Source of the DNA: a virus
Lineage: Duplodnaviria > Heunggongvirae > Uroviricota > Caudoviricetes
Direction: 5' to 3' (one strand)
Length of the DNA stretch: 40,041 nucleotides
Virus record (IMG/VR): IMGVR_UViG_2778261296_000006
The position numbers and the translations under genes are program-made. The notes beneath the pieces were generated by a model. That model worked only from the letters and a program-made list of their open reading frames with translations. It ran no database searches and was not told where the DNA came from. The stretch's first letter is position 1. Every line of letters starts with the position of its first letter. Shown piece by piece: positions 1 through 9,310 of the stretch.

Positions 1-453
1 TCATCTGGCCTGAACTGCCGGAGGCGTAGGCCATTCAATATCTGGTGCACTGGAGGTATCAACCAGCTCCAGTGCATCCAGATAATCCAGCCACAAATTA
101 TATTGCGCCAGTTCCTCACCTTTCAGACGACCAATAGCGGCTTTACCGGGCCATTGCTTACTGTTCATGTATTCGTTGGCCTGGTTAATTAGTAGCTGTC
201 TTTCTGATTCAGTAATTTCAATAAGCTCTTCATGCGTGGGGGGAGGAATATCTGCCCACGCAGGCAGCCCATCATCTCCGGCAATACGGATTTTTCCTTG
301 TGGCGGTTCAGCCATAAACTCACTGATAATATTTTGATTTACTTCCTTAGCGTCTGATAAATCCCATCCCTCTGATTTATATTTATCAATCATATCCACA
401 GGGAAAAAAGCATTATGCCTTGCGCTATAAACATATTCGTTCATATAAATCAC
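1..453 (-). CDS. tail fibre assembly protein (Tfa/gpG-like chaperone)
   Basis: ORF ends with TGA at 1-3. C-terminus WLDYLDALELVDTSSAPDIEWPTPP matches the conserved C-terminal motif I recall for lambda/P2-type Tfa proteins. Last gene of the tail module. Start may be the ATG at 444. Confidence 0.65.
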   Translation of the reverse strand: MIYMNEYVYSARHNAFFPVDMIDKYKSEGWDLSDAKEVNQNIISEFMAEPPQGKIRIAGDDGLPAWADIPPPTHEELIEITESERQLLINQANEYMNSKQWPGKAAIGRLKGEELAQYNLWLDYLDALELVDTSSAPDIEWPTPPAVQAR

Positions 454-464
454 CCTGAATAAAA

Positions 465-1124
465 TTACTCACCAACAGCCCACCAACTGTAATTCATCGA
501 TACCGTGTCGCTGGTTGATGACGTTCTGTAAGCAGAATTAAAGCCGGTTAACGTTGGGCCTTCTGCAGTCATCACGAACCCTCGCCCAGCGCCTAAAGGC
601 GCACCGCCATCACCAGAATGAGTAAGCATGGCGCAGTCCGCTTTTTTGGGGAAAGGGATGCTGAATGTAATTCTCATTGTTTGCGTCGATAATGTCGGCG
701 TAACCGCACCACGACCATATTGCAGGATTTTCCCGTTGGGTAATTTCATCCATCCATCACCACTGGCAAAAGAGGCCATGTCCGGTATCTGATTTTCCCC
801 TGTCCCCACATCCCGTTTTGCCGCTTCTCCCAAACCAAGGTTTGTGGTAATCGCTGTCGCCAGCTTTGCCACCAGTCCATCAACGTCACCATCATCGAGC
901 GCGTCCAGTTCGGCGTTCGCGATAAACTGCCCCAGTACAGCCGCCATCGTCGACGGTTGGCGCAGCGCTTTACTGACCTGTGCGCTGGATGCTTTACCCG
1001 AGGAGAATCCTTTCTTCAGTGCGGTTAGCGTCTCCCATTCCTCCTGCGAGGTAACATTTGCATTAGCATCTGTCGCAAACGCTTTAAAATCATTAGTTCC
1101 AGCCATTAAAGTAATCTCCCCCAT
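465..1124 (-). CDS. putative tail fibre protein (short)
   Basis: 219-aa Gly/Ser/Thr-rich ORF directly upstream of the Tfa gene. Positional inference only. Confidence 0.4.
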   Translation of the reverse strand: MGEITLMAGTNDFKAFATDANANVTSQEEWETLTALKKGFSSGKASSAQVSKALRQPSTMAAVLGQFIANAELDALDDGDVDGLVAKLATAITTNLGLGEAAKRDVGTGENQIPDMASFASGDGWMKLPNGKILQYGRGAVTPTLSTQTMRITFSIPFPKKADCAMLTHSGDGGAPLGAGRGFVMTAEGPTLTGFNSAYRTSSTSDTVSMNYSWWAVGE

Positions 1125-1786
1125 GCGCCGTCATTAAAACCGGCGATGTATTCGTTATCCATGTCAAATCCAAAGAATTTTGTTCCTTCGGACGGTGTTT
1201 CGACTGAGGGTGTTTCAACGCCGCCAGCCCATACACCAGCAGCTTTAACGGTGAGATAACCCTGTTTGATAGCGGCTATCAGTTCGAGTGACACATCAGA
1301 AATATCAGTCTCGGGAAAAACCCAGACCGATATCGTCATGTCCTGGTTATCGACGATCTGCATCTTCAGTCCAGAGCCTGCGGTAGCAGCGTCAAGGATG
1401 GGAGGCAGAGAGTCGTTCCGACCATCCCAGTTGTTGATAGCGATTTTCGCTTTCAGAATGATGCGGTACGTCTCATCACTCAGCGTCGTATAGCCAGAAT
1501 CAGGATCATATGGCCCTTGCCAGATGCCCTGGTCATATCCGAGCCCGTCAGTGTCCCAGCTGAAATAAACGCCGCTAATTGGCTGGCTGACTATACGACT
1601 ACGCCCAATCCACAGGCCGAGGATATCGAGTTGCACGCCAACCGCCGTATCGATATCGAAGGCTGTTACAAGCCCTGACATAGTGCTGGACACATCAATC
1701 AGCGGGCGGGTGCTCAGATCTATATGGTCAAAAAAGAGTGGCTTGGTAGCATGGTAGTTAGTGATCAGTTCGGTGTATTTGCTCAT
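1106..1786 (-). CDS. baseplate/tail protein (P2 gpI / Mu gp48-like position)
   Basis: ORF in frame with MSKYTEL start. Its ATG at 1786-1784 overlaps the upstream gene's TGA (1785-1783) as an ATGA coupling. Position after the J-like gene. Confidence 0.45.
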   Translation of the reverse strand: MSKYTELITNYHATKPLFFDHIDLSTRPLIDVSSTMSGLVTAFDIDTAVGVQLDILGLWIGRSRIVSQPISGVYFSWDTDGLGYDQGIWQGPYDPDSGYTTLSDETYRIILKAKIAINNWDGRNDSLPPILDAATAGSGLKMQIVDNQDMTISVWVFPETDISDVSLELIAAIKQGYLTVKAAGVWAGGVETPSVETPSEGTKFFGFDMDNEYIAGFNDGAWGRLL

Positions 1787-2982
1787 GAGGTCACCGTGAT
1801 AGTGACGTGACTCGCAACGCATGACGCAGATTCGTCATAAGCAATATCGATATTTCCGCTTGCGACTGAGTCAGAGGATTTGCCGATGAGCAGCTCCTGA
1901 ATGTCGTAATAGCGAGCACTGCCTCCGCTTACCACGCCAAGGTTTGCCGGGGAATAAATACGACTCAGCAGAACGTCATCGCCAATTGCCAGGCCATTTA
2001 TATAATCGGCAACAGCCTGTTTTATCTGCTCGCCGATTTGAGATGTATACCCGGTAAAAACTTTCAGGGTAATGGCTACAAAAATTGGCACATCGGTAGA
2101 ACGCGAAAAACTGATGACGTGAGGATTACCGTAAGTATCCGGCACGGTGACAGAAGTTGTACCGTAAGTTGCGGTTCCCTGCCCTTTATTCCCCCTGATG
2201 GTCTGGGCTATTTCAGTAACATCCCCTCCCTCAACGATGGCGGAAATTGAATGCGGTGGCAACCCGTTGCTGTCGGTTGCTCCAGTATCATTTTCGTAGA
2301 GCTTGTGACGTGTCACGCCCGCAACGTTGGCGATCGCACCGTCGACGCCTTCAAACGGTGTGATCGATGATAGCGCTACGCTTTGCCCCTGCCGAATGCG
2401 CAGCTCTGCGTCGGTTTCTGCTGGTGAACCGACAGTAGCCGCAGCCGGGTTGGTTACCGACACCCAGCCGCGAGTCGGTGTGTTAATGGTGGTGATAGTC
2501 CCGGCCATCGCCGCAACCGAACCGCTATTCGCACATGTGGCCGTCACCAGCACAGTACCATCAACGCCGATCGCTACACTCGCTGGAAAATTCCAGATTA
2601 TGCCGTTTTTATCCCGTGCAGAACCATTCGAGATAGTCGTGCCTGCCGTACCGGTTAACAGAAGGTCAGCTGTAGAGTTTGTCGCTACTTTTCGCGTGAT
2701 CCCGTTAATTTTTACATTGCTGCTAAGCGCTGCGGCCTGCGCTGTCGTCGGTGAAAAAGAGTTGTAGATCCCGATAGCGGTGTTGTTAGCGTCATGCACG
2801 GCAAGAGCCACCAGCGCGACCATCTGCCCGTCTTTGCTGTCTGGTTCGAGGTAGGCATCACTACCGTAAATCTGCCTGAAATAGCTGGTCAGTGTATCTA
2901 GGATTGTCTGGTAATCAGGCGCACTAATCCCCTGGGCGGTTACCGTTGCCGATAGCCCCAGCGTGTCGAGGTTCAAAGCCAT
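1783..2982 (-). CDS. baseplate J-like protein (P2 gpJ / Mu gp47-like)
   Basis: 399-aa ORF in canonical myovirus baseplate order (W-like, J-like, I-like, fibre). Start ATG 2982-2980 abuts the upstream stop 2985-2983. Confidence 0.55.
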   Translation of the reverse strand: MALNLDTLGLSATVTAQGISAPDYQTILDTLTSYFRQIYGSDAYLEPDSKDGQMVALVALAVHDANNTAIGIYNSFSPTTAQAAALSSNVKINGITRKVATNSTADLLLTGTAGTTISNGSARDKNGIIWNFPASVAIGVDGTVLVTATCANSGSVAAMAGTITTINTPTRGWVSVTNPAAATVGSPAETDAELRIRQGQSVALSSITPFEGVDGAIANVAGVTRHKLYENDTGATDSNGLPPHSISAIVEGGDVTEIAQTIRGNKGQGTATYGTTSVTVPDTYGNPHVISFSRSTDVPIFVAITLKVFTGYTSQIGEQIKQAVADYINGLAIGDDVLLSRIYSPANLGVVSGGSARYYDIQELLIGKSSDSVASGNIDIAYDESASCVASHVTITVTS

Positions 2983-3336
2983 TTATGCCTCGCTTGTTAC
3001 AGTCGTCTGGCCGTAGATTGTGTCAATGGAGGAGGTGAAGGTAACGCGGCGACTGGTGCCGTCATAATTGGTATCAAAGGAAAGAATCGACAGAACGCCC
3101 GGTGTGTCCTGTATGCGTTCGCGTATAGCCAGGATGTAGACGTCAGAACGCTGCTTACCCAGCACTGACTGGACATACGGCGTGCCTTCTGTCAGGTCGA
3201 GAAACCACTGACCTCGCCACAGCTCGAAACGGGTTTTTACGGCCTGGGCAACGCACTCCGGGCTGTCGATAAGGAAGGTGTTGTCACCCTGCCCGAAAGT
3301 GTAATCGCCGTCAGCATCTTCGCGTCGGTATCGCAT
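2983..3336 (-). CDS. baseplate wedge protein (gp25/gpW-like)
   Basis: 117-aa ORF between the spike and J-like genes. Size and position fit gpW/gp25-type proteins. Confidence 0.45.
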   Translation of the reverse strand: MRYRREDADGDYTFGQGDNTFLIDSPECVAQAVKTRFELWRGQWFLDLTEGTPYVQSVLGKQRSDVYILAIRERIQDTPGVLSILSFDTNYDGTSRRVTFTSSIDTIYGQTTVTSEA

Positions 3337-3339
3337 AAA

Positions 3340-3438
3340 TCACCACCAGCGTATAGCGCTAATAACGCTTGACAGACCGAATAAAAAGAACACGGCCCAG
3401 ATGAGGAAGAATTTCCAGTTGGGTAGTTTTTCGCCCAT
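3340..3438 (-). CDS. small hydrophobic membrane peptide (32 aa)
   Basis: ATG at 3438-3436 preceded by GGGAG about 9 nt upstream. Translation MGEKLPNWKFFLIWAVFFLFGLSSVISAIRWW is a single TM helix. Stop at 3342-3340 lies 4 nt before the start of the next gene. Not in the supplied ORF track (under 60 aa). Confidence 0.3.
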   Translation of the reverse strand: MGEKLPNWKFFLIWAVFFLFGLSSVISAIRWW

Positions 3439-3512
3439 GACTCGCAACTCCCGTATCAGTTTGCTAAAATTAATCACATATTCTCCCTTGCTATCCTCAA
3501 GGTGCAGAAAGT

Positions 3513-3549
3513 AAAAAGCCCCGAAGTGTTAGCGCACCCGGGGCTTTTG
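3513..3549. terminator. bidirectional rho-independent terminator-like hairpin
   Basis: AAAAAGCCCCG...CGGGGCTTTTG: GC stem flanked by an A-run on one side and a T-run on the other, directly downstream of the spike gene stop (3565). Confidence 0.5.
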
Positions 3550-3564
3550 TCTGTTTGGTAGTTT

Positions 3565-4305
3565 TTAATTAGGCGCGGTAGTATTCCCGCTGCCATTCTG
3601 CACACCGCCATGGGTATGCTGGATGAGGCTCTTACCTCCAGCCTTCACATCGTTAGTCACCGTCACCGGCCCAAGCATCGTCGCAGTACCGCCACTTTCG
3701 CCCATTCCCTGAGACAGATTGCCATTAATCGTTACGTTGCCGTTCAGCGTGATAGTCGGGGATGTGATTGTCGTTCCACCTTCAGCCGTAGCCGTGAGCT
3801 GGCCCGGTGTTTGAACGGTGATGTTATGTCCTGCGGCAACCTCTACGAACGCCGCACCATCATCGGTTCGCAGCTGCGCGGCGCTGGTACTGATACCGCT
3901 GATTTTCTGTGCTTGCGACTGCGGGCCAACGATGGCGAACGCATCAGATAAGTCATGCTGTCGCGGATCGACGGTCTCCTGAACGCCGCCGCTCTGCCAC
4001 CAGAAATCGATGCAACGGTCGGCAAAGAGCAGCAGGCACTCGTCGCCTTCTTTAACCGGAAAAGTCAGCGTACAACCGCCGCCACGCGGGAAGATAACCG
4101 GCACATCCACCAGCGGTTTTAATTCGGTGGAGCCATCGCCAACGATACCGCGAAGCGCTACCTCTACCGTGCAGGTAACAGTATCAGGATCGAACGACTG
4201 AATGATGCCGGGCATCGCTACGCGCATCTGGGTAGACACCGAATCGGCAATGGCCTGCGCGGTCTGCTGCTCACCGCCGATCTGTGATTGAGTTGGAATT
4301 GGCAT
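3565..4305 (-). CDS. baseplate central spike protein (gpV / Mu gp45-like)
   Basis: Start taken at ATG 4305 (MPIPTQSQ...), because the longer track ORF would run across the terminator at 4317-4346. Gly/Thr-rich beta-type C-terminus ending in a His-rich tip (IQHTHGG), as in spike apex proteins. Confidence 0.5.
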   Translation of the reverse strand: MPIPTQSQIGGEQQTAQAIADSVSTQMRVAMPGIIQSFDPDTVTCTVEVALRGIVGDGSTELKPLVDVPVIFPRGGGCTLTFPVKEGDECLLLFADRCIDFWWQSGGVQETVDPRQHDLSDAFAIVGPQSQAQKISGISTSAAQLRTDDGAAFVEVAAGHNITVQTPGQLTATAEGGTTITSPTITLNGNVTINGNLSQGMGESGGTATMLGPVTVTNDVKAGGKSLIQHTHGGVQNGSGNTTAPN

Positions 4306-4316
4306 AAAAACCCCAT

Positions 4317-4346
4317 AAAAAAAACCCGCTCGGCGGCGGGTTTGTG
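4317..4346. terminator. bidirectional rho-independent terminator
   Basis: AAAAAAAACCCGC-TCGGCG-GCGGGTTTGTGTT: 8-bp stem (AAACCCGC/GCGGGTTT) with an A-tract upstream and a T-tract downstream, immediately after the stop of the 4350-4895 gene. Confidence 0.55.
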
Positions 4347-4349
4347 TTA

Positions 4350-4895
4350 TTAAATTCGCTTCATCTTTTCTGGGTGGAAATTGGGACACCAACTACACCC
4401 TTTACTTACTGCCAATGCTTGTATTTGGTCAGCCAAACTAAATGGCAATTTATCGGACACTCCGCCTTCCCACCCCCTAAGTAAACGGCAAGGTAAAAGG
4501 TAGTTGCCCGGGTAGTTAGAAACGCATTCGCAATAAGACTGCTGATTGTTGGCTTTTAGTGATCGAGCATAACATCCAAGAGAAGATGATAACTCCTGAA
4601 CATTTACAACCAACTCACCGTTAATAAAGGCTTGAACGCCAGTAATTCCATACACCAGATAACATAGGTTTGCAGCTCTTGATAGTTGATCAGGCGTTTT
4701 ACTAAAGGACGCTAAATGGAATTTTTTCCCTGCTATCTCACCAATTTTATTTACATCTGAAAGCTCAGCAATGGCTACAGCCATTGGATAATTTTTTGCC
4801 GTCGAATGAGGAAAAACAATGGTGATTACAAAGTTATCATCATTTAGAGATGCCAGATCCAAAGGGCCAATAGTTGACAGTCCCTTACCTGCCAC
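4350..4895 (-). CDS. hypothetical protein, AT-rich cargo (Cys-rich C-terminal half)
   Basis: 181-codon ORF with a GTG start at 4895 directly abutting the upstream stop (TGAGTG); an internal ATG start is possible. Visibly AT-rich versus flanking tail genes. No family recognised. Confidence 0.4.
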   Translation of the reverse strand: MAGKGLSTIGPLDLASLNDDNFVITIVFPHSTAKNYPMAVAIAELSDVNKIGEIAGKKFHLASFSKTPDQLSRAANLCYLVYGITGVQAFINGELVVNVQELSSSLGCYARSLKANNQQSYCECVSNYPGNYLLPCRLLRGWEGGVSDKLPFSLADQIQALAVSKGCSWCPNFHPEKMKRI

Positions 4896-5240
4896 TCATT
4901 TCACCTTTATACAATCATAGGTTGCATACTGACGCGGCGCATTCATGCTGGCTTGCAGCCACTGGGCATTGAGAATTATCTTGCCGTTTCGATTGATGTA
5001 CTCAAGACCAACCCATCTTCCAGGCTGATCGGTAGCCATACGCCAATCCATCTTGATATTGTTATAATCGCCTTTGTTTTTCAGGAAGGTGATTTTTTGC
5101 ATTTCTGGCTTTGCGCCATTGATTCTGGCTAAGCCATCATCTGCCCAATGGATTTTAAAATCACCACATTGCTGATCCGCAAAAGCGGGTGCTGATATAA
5201 GCACCGCGAACACGGTAACAGTGCAAAGTAAATGTCTCAC
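4896..5240 (-). CDS. small secreted protein with N-terminal signal peptide, AT-rich cargo
   Basis: GTG start at 5240 with GAGGTG RBS 5 nt upstream. N-terminus RHLLCTVTVFAVLISAPAFA-DQQ looks like a Sec signal peptide with an AXA cleavage site. Two Cys (near N- and C-terminus of the mature part). No family recognised. Confidence 0.45.
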   Translation of the reverse strand: MRHLLCTVTVFAVLISAPAFADQQCGDFKIHWADDGLARINGAKPEMQKITFLKNKGDYNNIKMDWRMATDQPGRWVGLEYINRNGKIILNAQWLQASMNAPRQYATYDCIKVK

Positions 5241-5252
5241 GGCCCCACCTCA

Positions 5253-6317
5253 CTAATTCGTCGTCCCTTGCATTGCTTTCGGGCTATAAAGATCACGAGC
5301 GCCACGCGCAAAACACATCAAATCCATGTACCACGCCTGACCTCTGGTGTCGCCAGTATAGTCGATAGCTTTGACGATATAAACGCCATCCGTCGCAATG
5401 CTGGCAGCCTGTGACGTCGTGCCGGTCAGCACACGGTTGCCGTTCTCTTCTGTTTCGGTGATACGCCCGGGCGACTGTGCTATTTCGCTATTGCCGAGCG
5501 TGGCGCGGTACACCGAAGCCTGATCGAGCTGGATAAGACCATTAATGCGGATGTTTGGGTTTATCAGGCACCGCACGTTTACGCCGCCGCCCATTGTCTG
5601 TTGCGGCATACCGATCAGGCCAGTATTGGCATTCAACACAATGGCTTCGTGAATATATTTATCCTCCGGCACCATCTGGACCCGACCATCCACCAGTTGC
5701 CATGTCGCTTTGCACTGCGCAGCAATATTATCCATCACGTTGCGGCTGGATGAGTAAATCGCGCGGCCACGAGGAAACACGGTATCAGGAAAATCGCCGG
5801 TAATGCCCTGTGTCACGCCGAACGCGTTGAAATCCTGCATCGTCGCCCGGTGCAGATCCGCAACGGTATAGCCAGCGGCAAGCGTGGTGATGGTGGTCGC
5901 ATAGAGGAACGCTTCGTGATCACCAATGGCCTGAATCAACACCCAGGAATCCGTAATGTTGTCCTTCCCGGTGACGGTGAAGCGAATATCACCGTCAAAA
6001 ATCAGGCCGTAGTTCTGACCGTTCACCTGCCCTATCTGGTCTGGTGAAATCTCCCGGGACACACCAACCTGGCTCGCATCAACATCCGGCGCTATACCGT
6101 CATACCCGGCAATGATGCGAATTTTGGCAAACTCCTGCCCAAGTATCTTGTTCGTGGTATCGGTCGAAAGGTTGTAAATTTTCACGTTCGCCACGCGCGG
6201 CCAGCGTGTGTCTGCCCACTCGATCTGGAACGTGACCTTAAAGTTAGACAGGGAAACGCCCTGCCCGTTCTGGTCCAACAGTTGCAGCTCAAAATGGCGC
6301 ATCCAGTTAAGAGACAT
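5253..6317 (-). CDS. tail/baseplate hub-like protein (gpD-like position)
   Basis: 354-aa ORF between the tape-measure-proximal small genes and the spike. Positional inference. Confidence 0.4.
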   Translation of the reverse strand: MSLNWMRHFELQLLDQNGQGVSLSNFKVTFQIEWADTRWPRVANVKIYNLSTDTTNKILGQEFAKIRIIAGYDGIAPDVDASQVGVSREISPDQIGQVNGQNYGLIFDGDIRFTVTGKDNITDSWVLIQAIGDHEAFLYATTITTLAAGYTVADLHRATMQDFNAFGVTQGITGDFPDTVFPRGRAIYSSSRNVMDNIAAQCKATWQLVDGRVQMVPEDKYIHEAIVLNANTGLIGMPQQTMGGGVNVRCLINPNIRINGLIQLDQASVYRATLGNSEIAQSPGRITETEENGNRVLTGTTSQAASIATDGVYIVKAIDYTGDTRGQAWYMDLMCFARGARDLYSPKAMQGTTN

Positions 6318-6319
6318 TT

Positions 6320-6625
6320 CTACTCCTGTACGAAAATGAGGTGGCTGTATGTGCCGAGGTTGGTTTTGGTGGGCTCGTCTGGTGCGCCCTTATCGGTCGC
6401 CACCACCAGCGCGCCATCAATGCCAAGCTGTGGATATTGTCGTAAAAGGTTTACGCCGGTCAGTAGAGGTACGCCAGAGAGAAGCGCGGCACCGCCGCTA
6501 TCCATCACGTCCATAATCCAGCCAGCCGCATCACGCCAGATGATCCTGAGTGTATACGTGGTATTGCCCAGCAAAACGCGGAACTGCTGATTGTCAGGAG
6601 AAAGCGGTATTTCGTTAAACTGCAT
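6320..6625 (-). CDS. tail protein (hypothetical)
   Basis: 101-aa ORF tightly packed in the tail operon. Confidence 0.35.
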   Translation of the reverse strand: MQFNEIPLSPDNQQFRVLLGNTTYTLRIIWRDAAGWIMDVMDSGGAALLSGVPLLTGVNLLRQYPQLGIDGALVVATDKGAPDEPTKTNLGTYSHLIFVQE

Positions 6626-6626
6626 A

Positions 6627-7229
6627 TCATCCCCCGAATGCTGATGTAACGCTTCCGCCCAGCTGGCTCAGCAAGGATTCGTTTGGCGGTGTAGTGGATT
6701 TCATCCCGGAATTCTGCACCGCCGATGTGCTGACGCCATCCTGCATATCTGATTTATCTGCAACGCTAACGCTCTGCGTCTGCGACATGATCACTTCACG
6801 CAGGGTAAGCGTGCAGTTCAGCACGTTCTCGCTGGTTTTATCCGTTGTCACCTCGATGGCTCGCACCAGCATATTGCTGTAAACCCGCTTTCCGGTCACT
6901 ACATCGAACGGCACCCGAGAGGACTGGAGATCCAGTAGTTGCTGATAGGTCTCTTTCGGGCTAAGTCCGGCGCTGAGGCCGATTGACGATGTATCAATGA
7001 AGTCCAGCAACGAACCGCCACCTGCGAAGCCGCATTCCATCGTGACTTCGCTGGGGCGCTTATACGCATGATCGGCGATGAAACCCGACGCGCTATTCGT
7101 TGTTGGCTTCTCCACCGGGTGCTCAGTAATTTCTAGCGCATCAGAATGCTTTTCAGAAACAACCACGCTGGGGATTAATATTCCAATTCGCCGGGATTGC
7201 TGGCGAAAAATCGCTGATAAAATATCCAT
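6627..7229 (-). CDS. tail protein (hypothetical)
   Basis: 200-aa ORF immediately downstream of the tape measure gene. Confidence 0.35.
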   Translation of the reverse strand: MDILSAIFRQQSRRIGILIPSVVVSEKHSDALEITEHPVEKPTTNSASGFIADHAYKRPSEVTMECGFAGGGSLLDFIDTSSIGLSAGLSPKETYQQLLDLQSSRVPFDVVTGKRVYSNMLVRAIEVTTDKTSENVLNCTLTLREVIMSQTQSVSVADKSDMQDGVSTSAVQNSGMKSTTPPNESLLSQLGGSVTSAFGG

Positions 7230-9310
7230 TATCTCGGTCCTGCGGGGAGTTGCTGGGTTAACTGTGAATTCACGCCCTTTTGACGGTCAACAGTCAAACG
7301 GGCAGCCTCGCGCGGATCGAAAACGCCGTGGATGTTAATATTCGTTTCCTGCTGAATCACCGGGGCGCTGGTGGGCATATTGCTCATTACTTTCGGAATG
7401 TAGTTGCGCGTTTCCTGCGGCATTAGCCCCATTCCATAACGCTTAACATTCCCGATCCCCCAGTTATATGATGCCAGTGCTTTGCTAAGGTCTCCGCCGT
7501 TCTGCCGCAACAGCTGGCTGAGGTACTTAGCGGCTGCCTGAGCTGACTTTTCCGGGTCGAATACATCATTCCCACGCAGGCCCATGTCGCGCGCCGTGCC
7601 ATCCATAAACTGAAACAGTCCTTTCGCGCCTGCGCCGGATATGGCGAACTGGTTACCACCCGACTCGGTGATCGCCACGCTTTTCAACAGGCCAGCTGGC
7701 AGCTGATAAAGCGACTCCAGTTTATTGAACATTGGCCCCATCCAGTCGAGCAATACCTTGCCCTGGGCCGTCGCCTGAGGTCGCTTAACCGACTGCGCTC
7801 GCAGCTCCGGCTCCAGTCCCATCTCCTGAATTTTTCGCTGGATTTGCTCATCAGTGAAAAAGTCTTTGCCGGGATTTTCCTTTCTCAGCGCCTCATATGC
7901 CTGCTGCCTTTCAGGTACGATATTGCTGCCTATACCGCCAATCGACGCCATTTCTTCACTGGTGGTCGGCGTATTGTTGGCAGGAATGAACATAAGCAAC
8001 CATGGATTCTTGATTGCCAGCTGTGCGATCCCCTGCGCCAGCTTACCCAGCCCACCAATAGAGCCGCCAATTGCCTTACCAAGCCCCATAAATCCGGCGA
8101 CAAGTCGCCCGATGCCAGTGAGCATGGAGACCAGCTTCGCACCAGCCAGAAAGCCAAACAGGATGGTGAGCGTATTTTTCCAGCCGCCGAGGTTGTCCTT
8201 GAGCTCCAGAAACTTATCGCGCAGCCACTTGAACACCTTCTTTGCTTGCTCAATTTCTGGCTGCCATTTGGACCAGTCCATCAGGCTTTTACCGCCCTCT
8301 TTCCACGTCTGGTAATCGTCGTACAGCAATCCGATCGCCAGAATCAGTGTGGTGATAATTCCAATCGGGGATTTCAGGAACGCAGAATTAAGCAGACGCC
8401 ATGCGACCAGTAGAGCACCGAATATTTTCAGCAGATTTTTACTGCCATCATCAAGACGCTTCCACCAGTCAATGACAGAGCCAGCGCCCTGTATAAGCCG
8501 CCACGCCATTCGTGTGAAGGCGTTTGCAAGCCAGATCACGCCCTTAATAACTTTGGTCAGAGTCTCTTCAATCTTCGGGAAGTTGTCGAGGATGCGCCGC
8601 CGCAGGCTGTCCAGCGAACCAGCCAAGCCACCAGCGAGATTTGAGCCGATCTTGTCCCGCATAATGCCAAACAGCGACGTAAGCCCGCGCATGGACGTCA
8701 TGAATTTGTTGGACTGAACGGCTGCCTTATCAGCGTTGAACCCCGTCTTTTGCAGCATAGACTGGTAATCGGCGGTAAAGCCATTCATGCCGCGCCGCAT
8801 CGCCATCAGCGTGTTTTCATCGATGCCGAGCATCTGCGCGTATTGCTTCGCGCGGTAATACGGCATGTTGTTGAGCTTTTGCCCAACGCCAGTAAAGATG
8901 GCAGCAGTATCACGCATCTTTCCGCTGGCATCGCGGGTCTGGACACCAAGACGGTTCAGGAACCCTTCCGCCCCCGGATTGCTACGCATGAAGCCAGCCA
9001 ACCCTTCGAGGGAGGACATGGCCGACTCAGCGCTGGCGCCAGTTTGCGATGCGGCATAGCCCAGCGCTTTGATGCCCTGGACGCTGGCCCCCGTCCGCTG
9101 GGATGCCCAGTAAATTTTATCCAGACCATTCGCGATCTGGGTGGTAAATCCGACAATGCTCAGCGCTGCTCCTTCCACCACCGCGCCGACCTTCAGAACG
9201 TTCGCGGTAACGCCTTTCAGCACTGCTTCAAACTTATTAGCGCCAGCCTGATCGATATCGAATCCCAGCGAAACAAGGAAATCTTTAATCGTATCTGCGT
9301 TACCGCTCAT
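7229..9310 (-). CDS. tail tape measure protein with C-terminal lytic transglycosylase (SLT) domain
   Basis: 693-aa protein with a Gly/Ala-rich and hydrophobic central region typical of tape measures. C-terminal region has an SLT-like signature (ESGGNQFAISGAGAKGLFQF ... AAAKYL ... YNWGIGNV). Confidence 0.75.
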   Translation of the reverse strand: MSGNADTIKDFLVSLGFDIDQAGANKFEAVLKGVTANVLKVGAVVEGAALSIVGFTTQIANGLDKIYWASQRTGASVQGIKALGYAASQTGASAESAMSSLEGLAGFMRSNPGAEGFLNRLGVQTRDASGKMRDTAAIFTGVGQKLNNMPYYRAKQYAQMLGIDENTLMAMRRGMNGFTADYQSMLQKTGFNADKAAVQSNKFMTSMRGLTSLFGIMRDKIGSNLAGGLAGSLDSLRRRILDNFPKIEETLTKVIKGVIWLANAFTRMAWRLIQGAGSVIDWWKRLDDGSKNLLKIFGALLVAWRLLNSAFLKSPIGIITTLILAIGLLYDDYQTWKEGGKSLMDWSKWQPEIEQAKKVFKWLRDKFLELKDNLGGWKNTLTILFGFLAGAKLVSMLTGIGRLVAGFMGLGKAIGGSIGGLGKLAQGIAQLAIKNPWLLMFIPANNTPTTSEEMASIGGIGSNIVPERQQAYEALRKENPGKDFFTDEQIQRKIQEMGLEPELRAQSVKRPQATAQGKVLLDWMGPMFNKLESLYQLPAGLLKSVAITESGGNQFAISGAGAKGLFQFMDGTARDMGLRGNDVFDPEKSAQAAAKYLSQLLRQNGGDLSKALASYNWGIGNVKRYGMGLMPQETRNYIPKVMSNMPTSAPVIQQETNINIHGVFDPREAARLTVDRQKGVNSQLTQQLPAGPR

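Noticed and set aside
4306-4392. Longer version of the spike ORF (3565-4392)
   Set aside because: The extra N-terminal 29 codons would be translated across the strong terminator hairpin at 4317-4346; the internal ATG at 4305 is the more plausible start.
7844-8413. Plus-strand ORFs of 150-190 aa (7844-8413, 7854-8315, 8349-8717, 8750-9373) inside the tape measure gene
   Set aside because: They lie antisense to a long, well-supported minus-strand gene, have no convincing RBS, and their translations are Arg/Pro/Ser-rich low-complexity, typical of antisense frames in GC-rich coding DNA.
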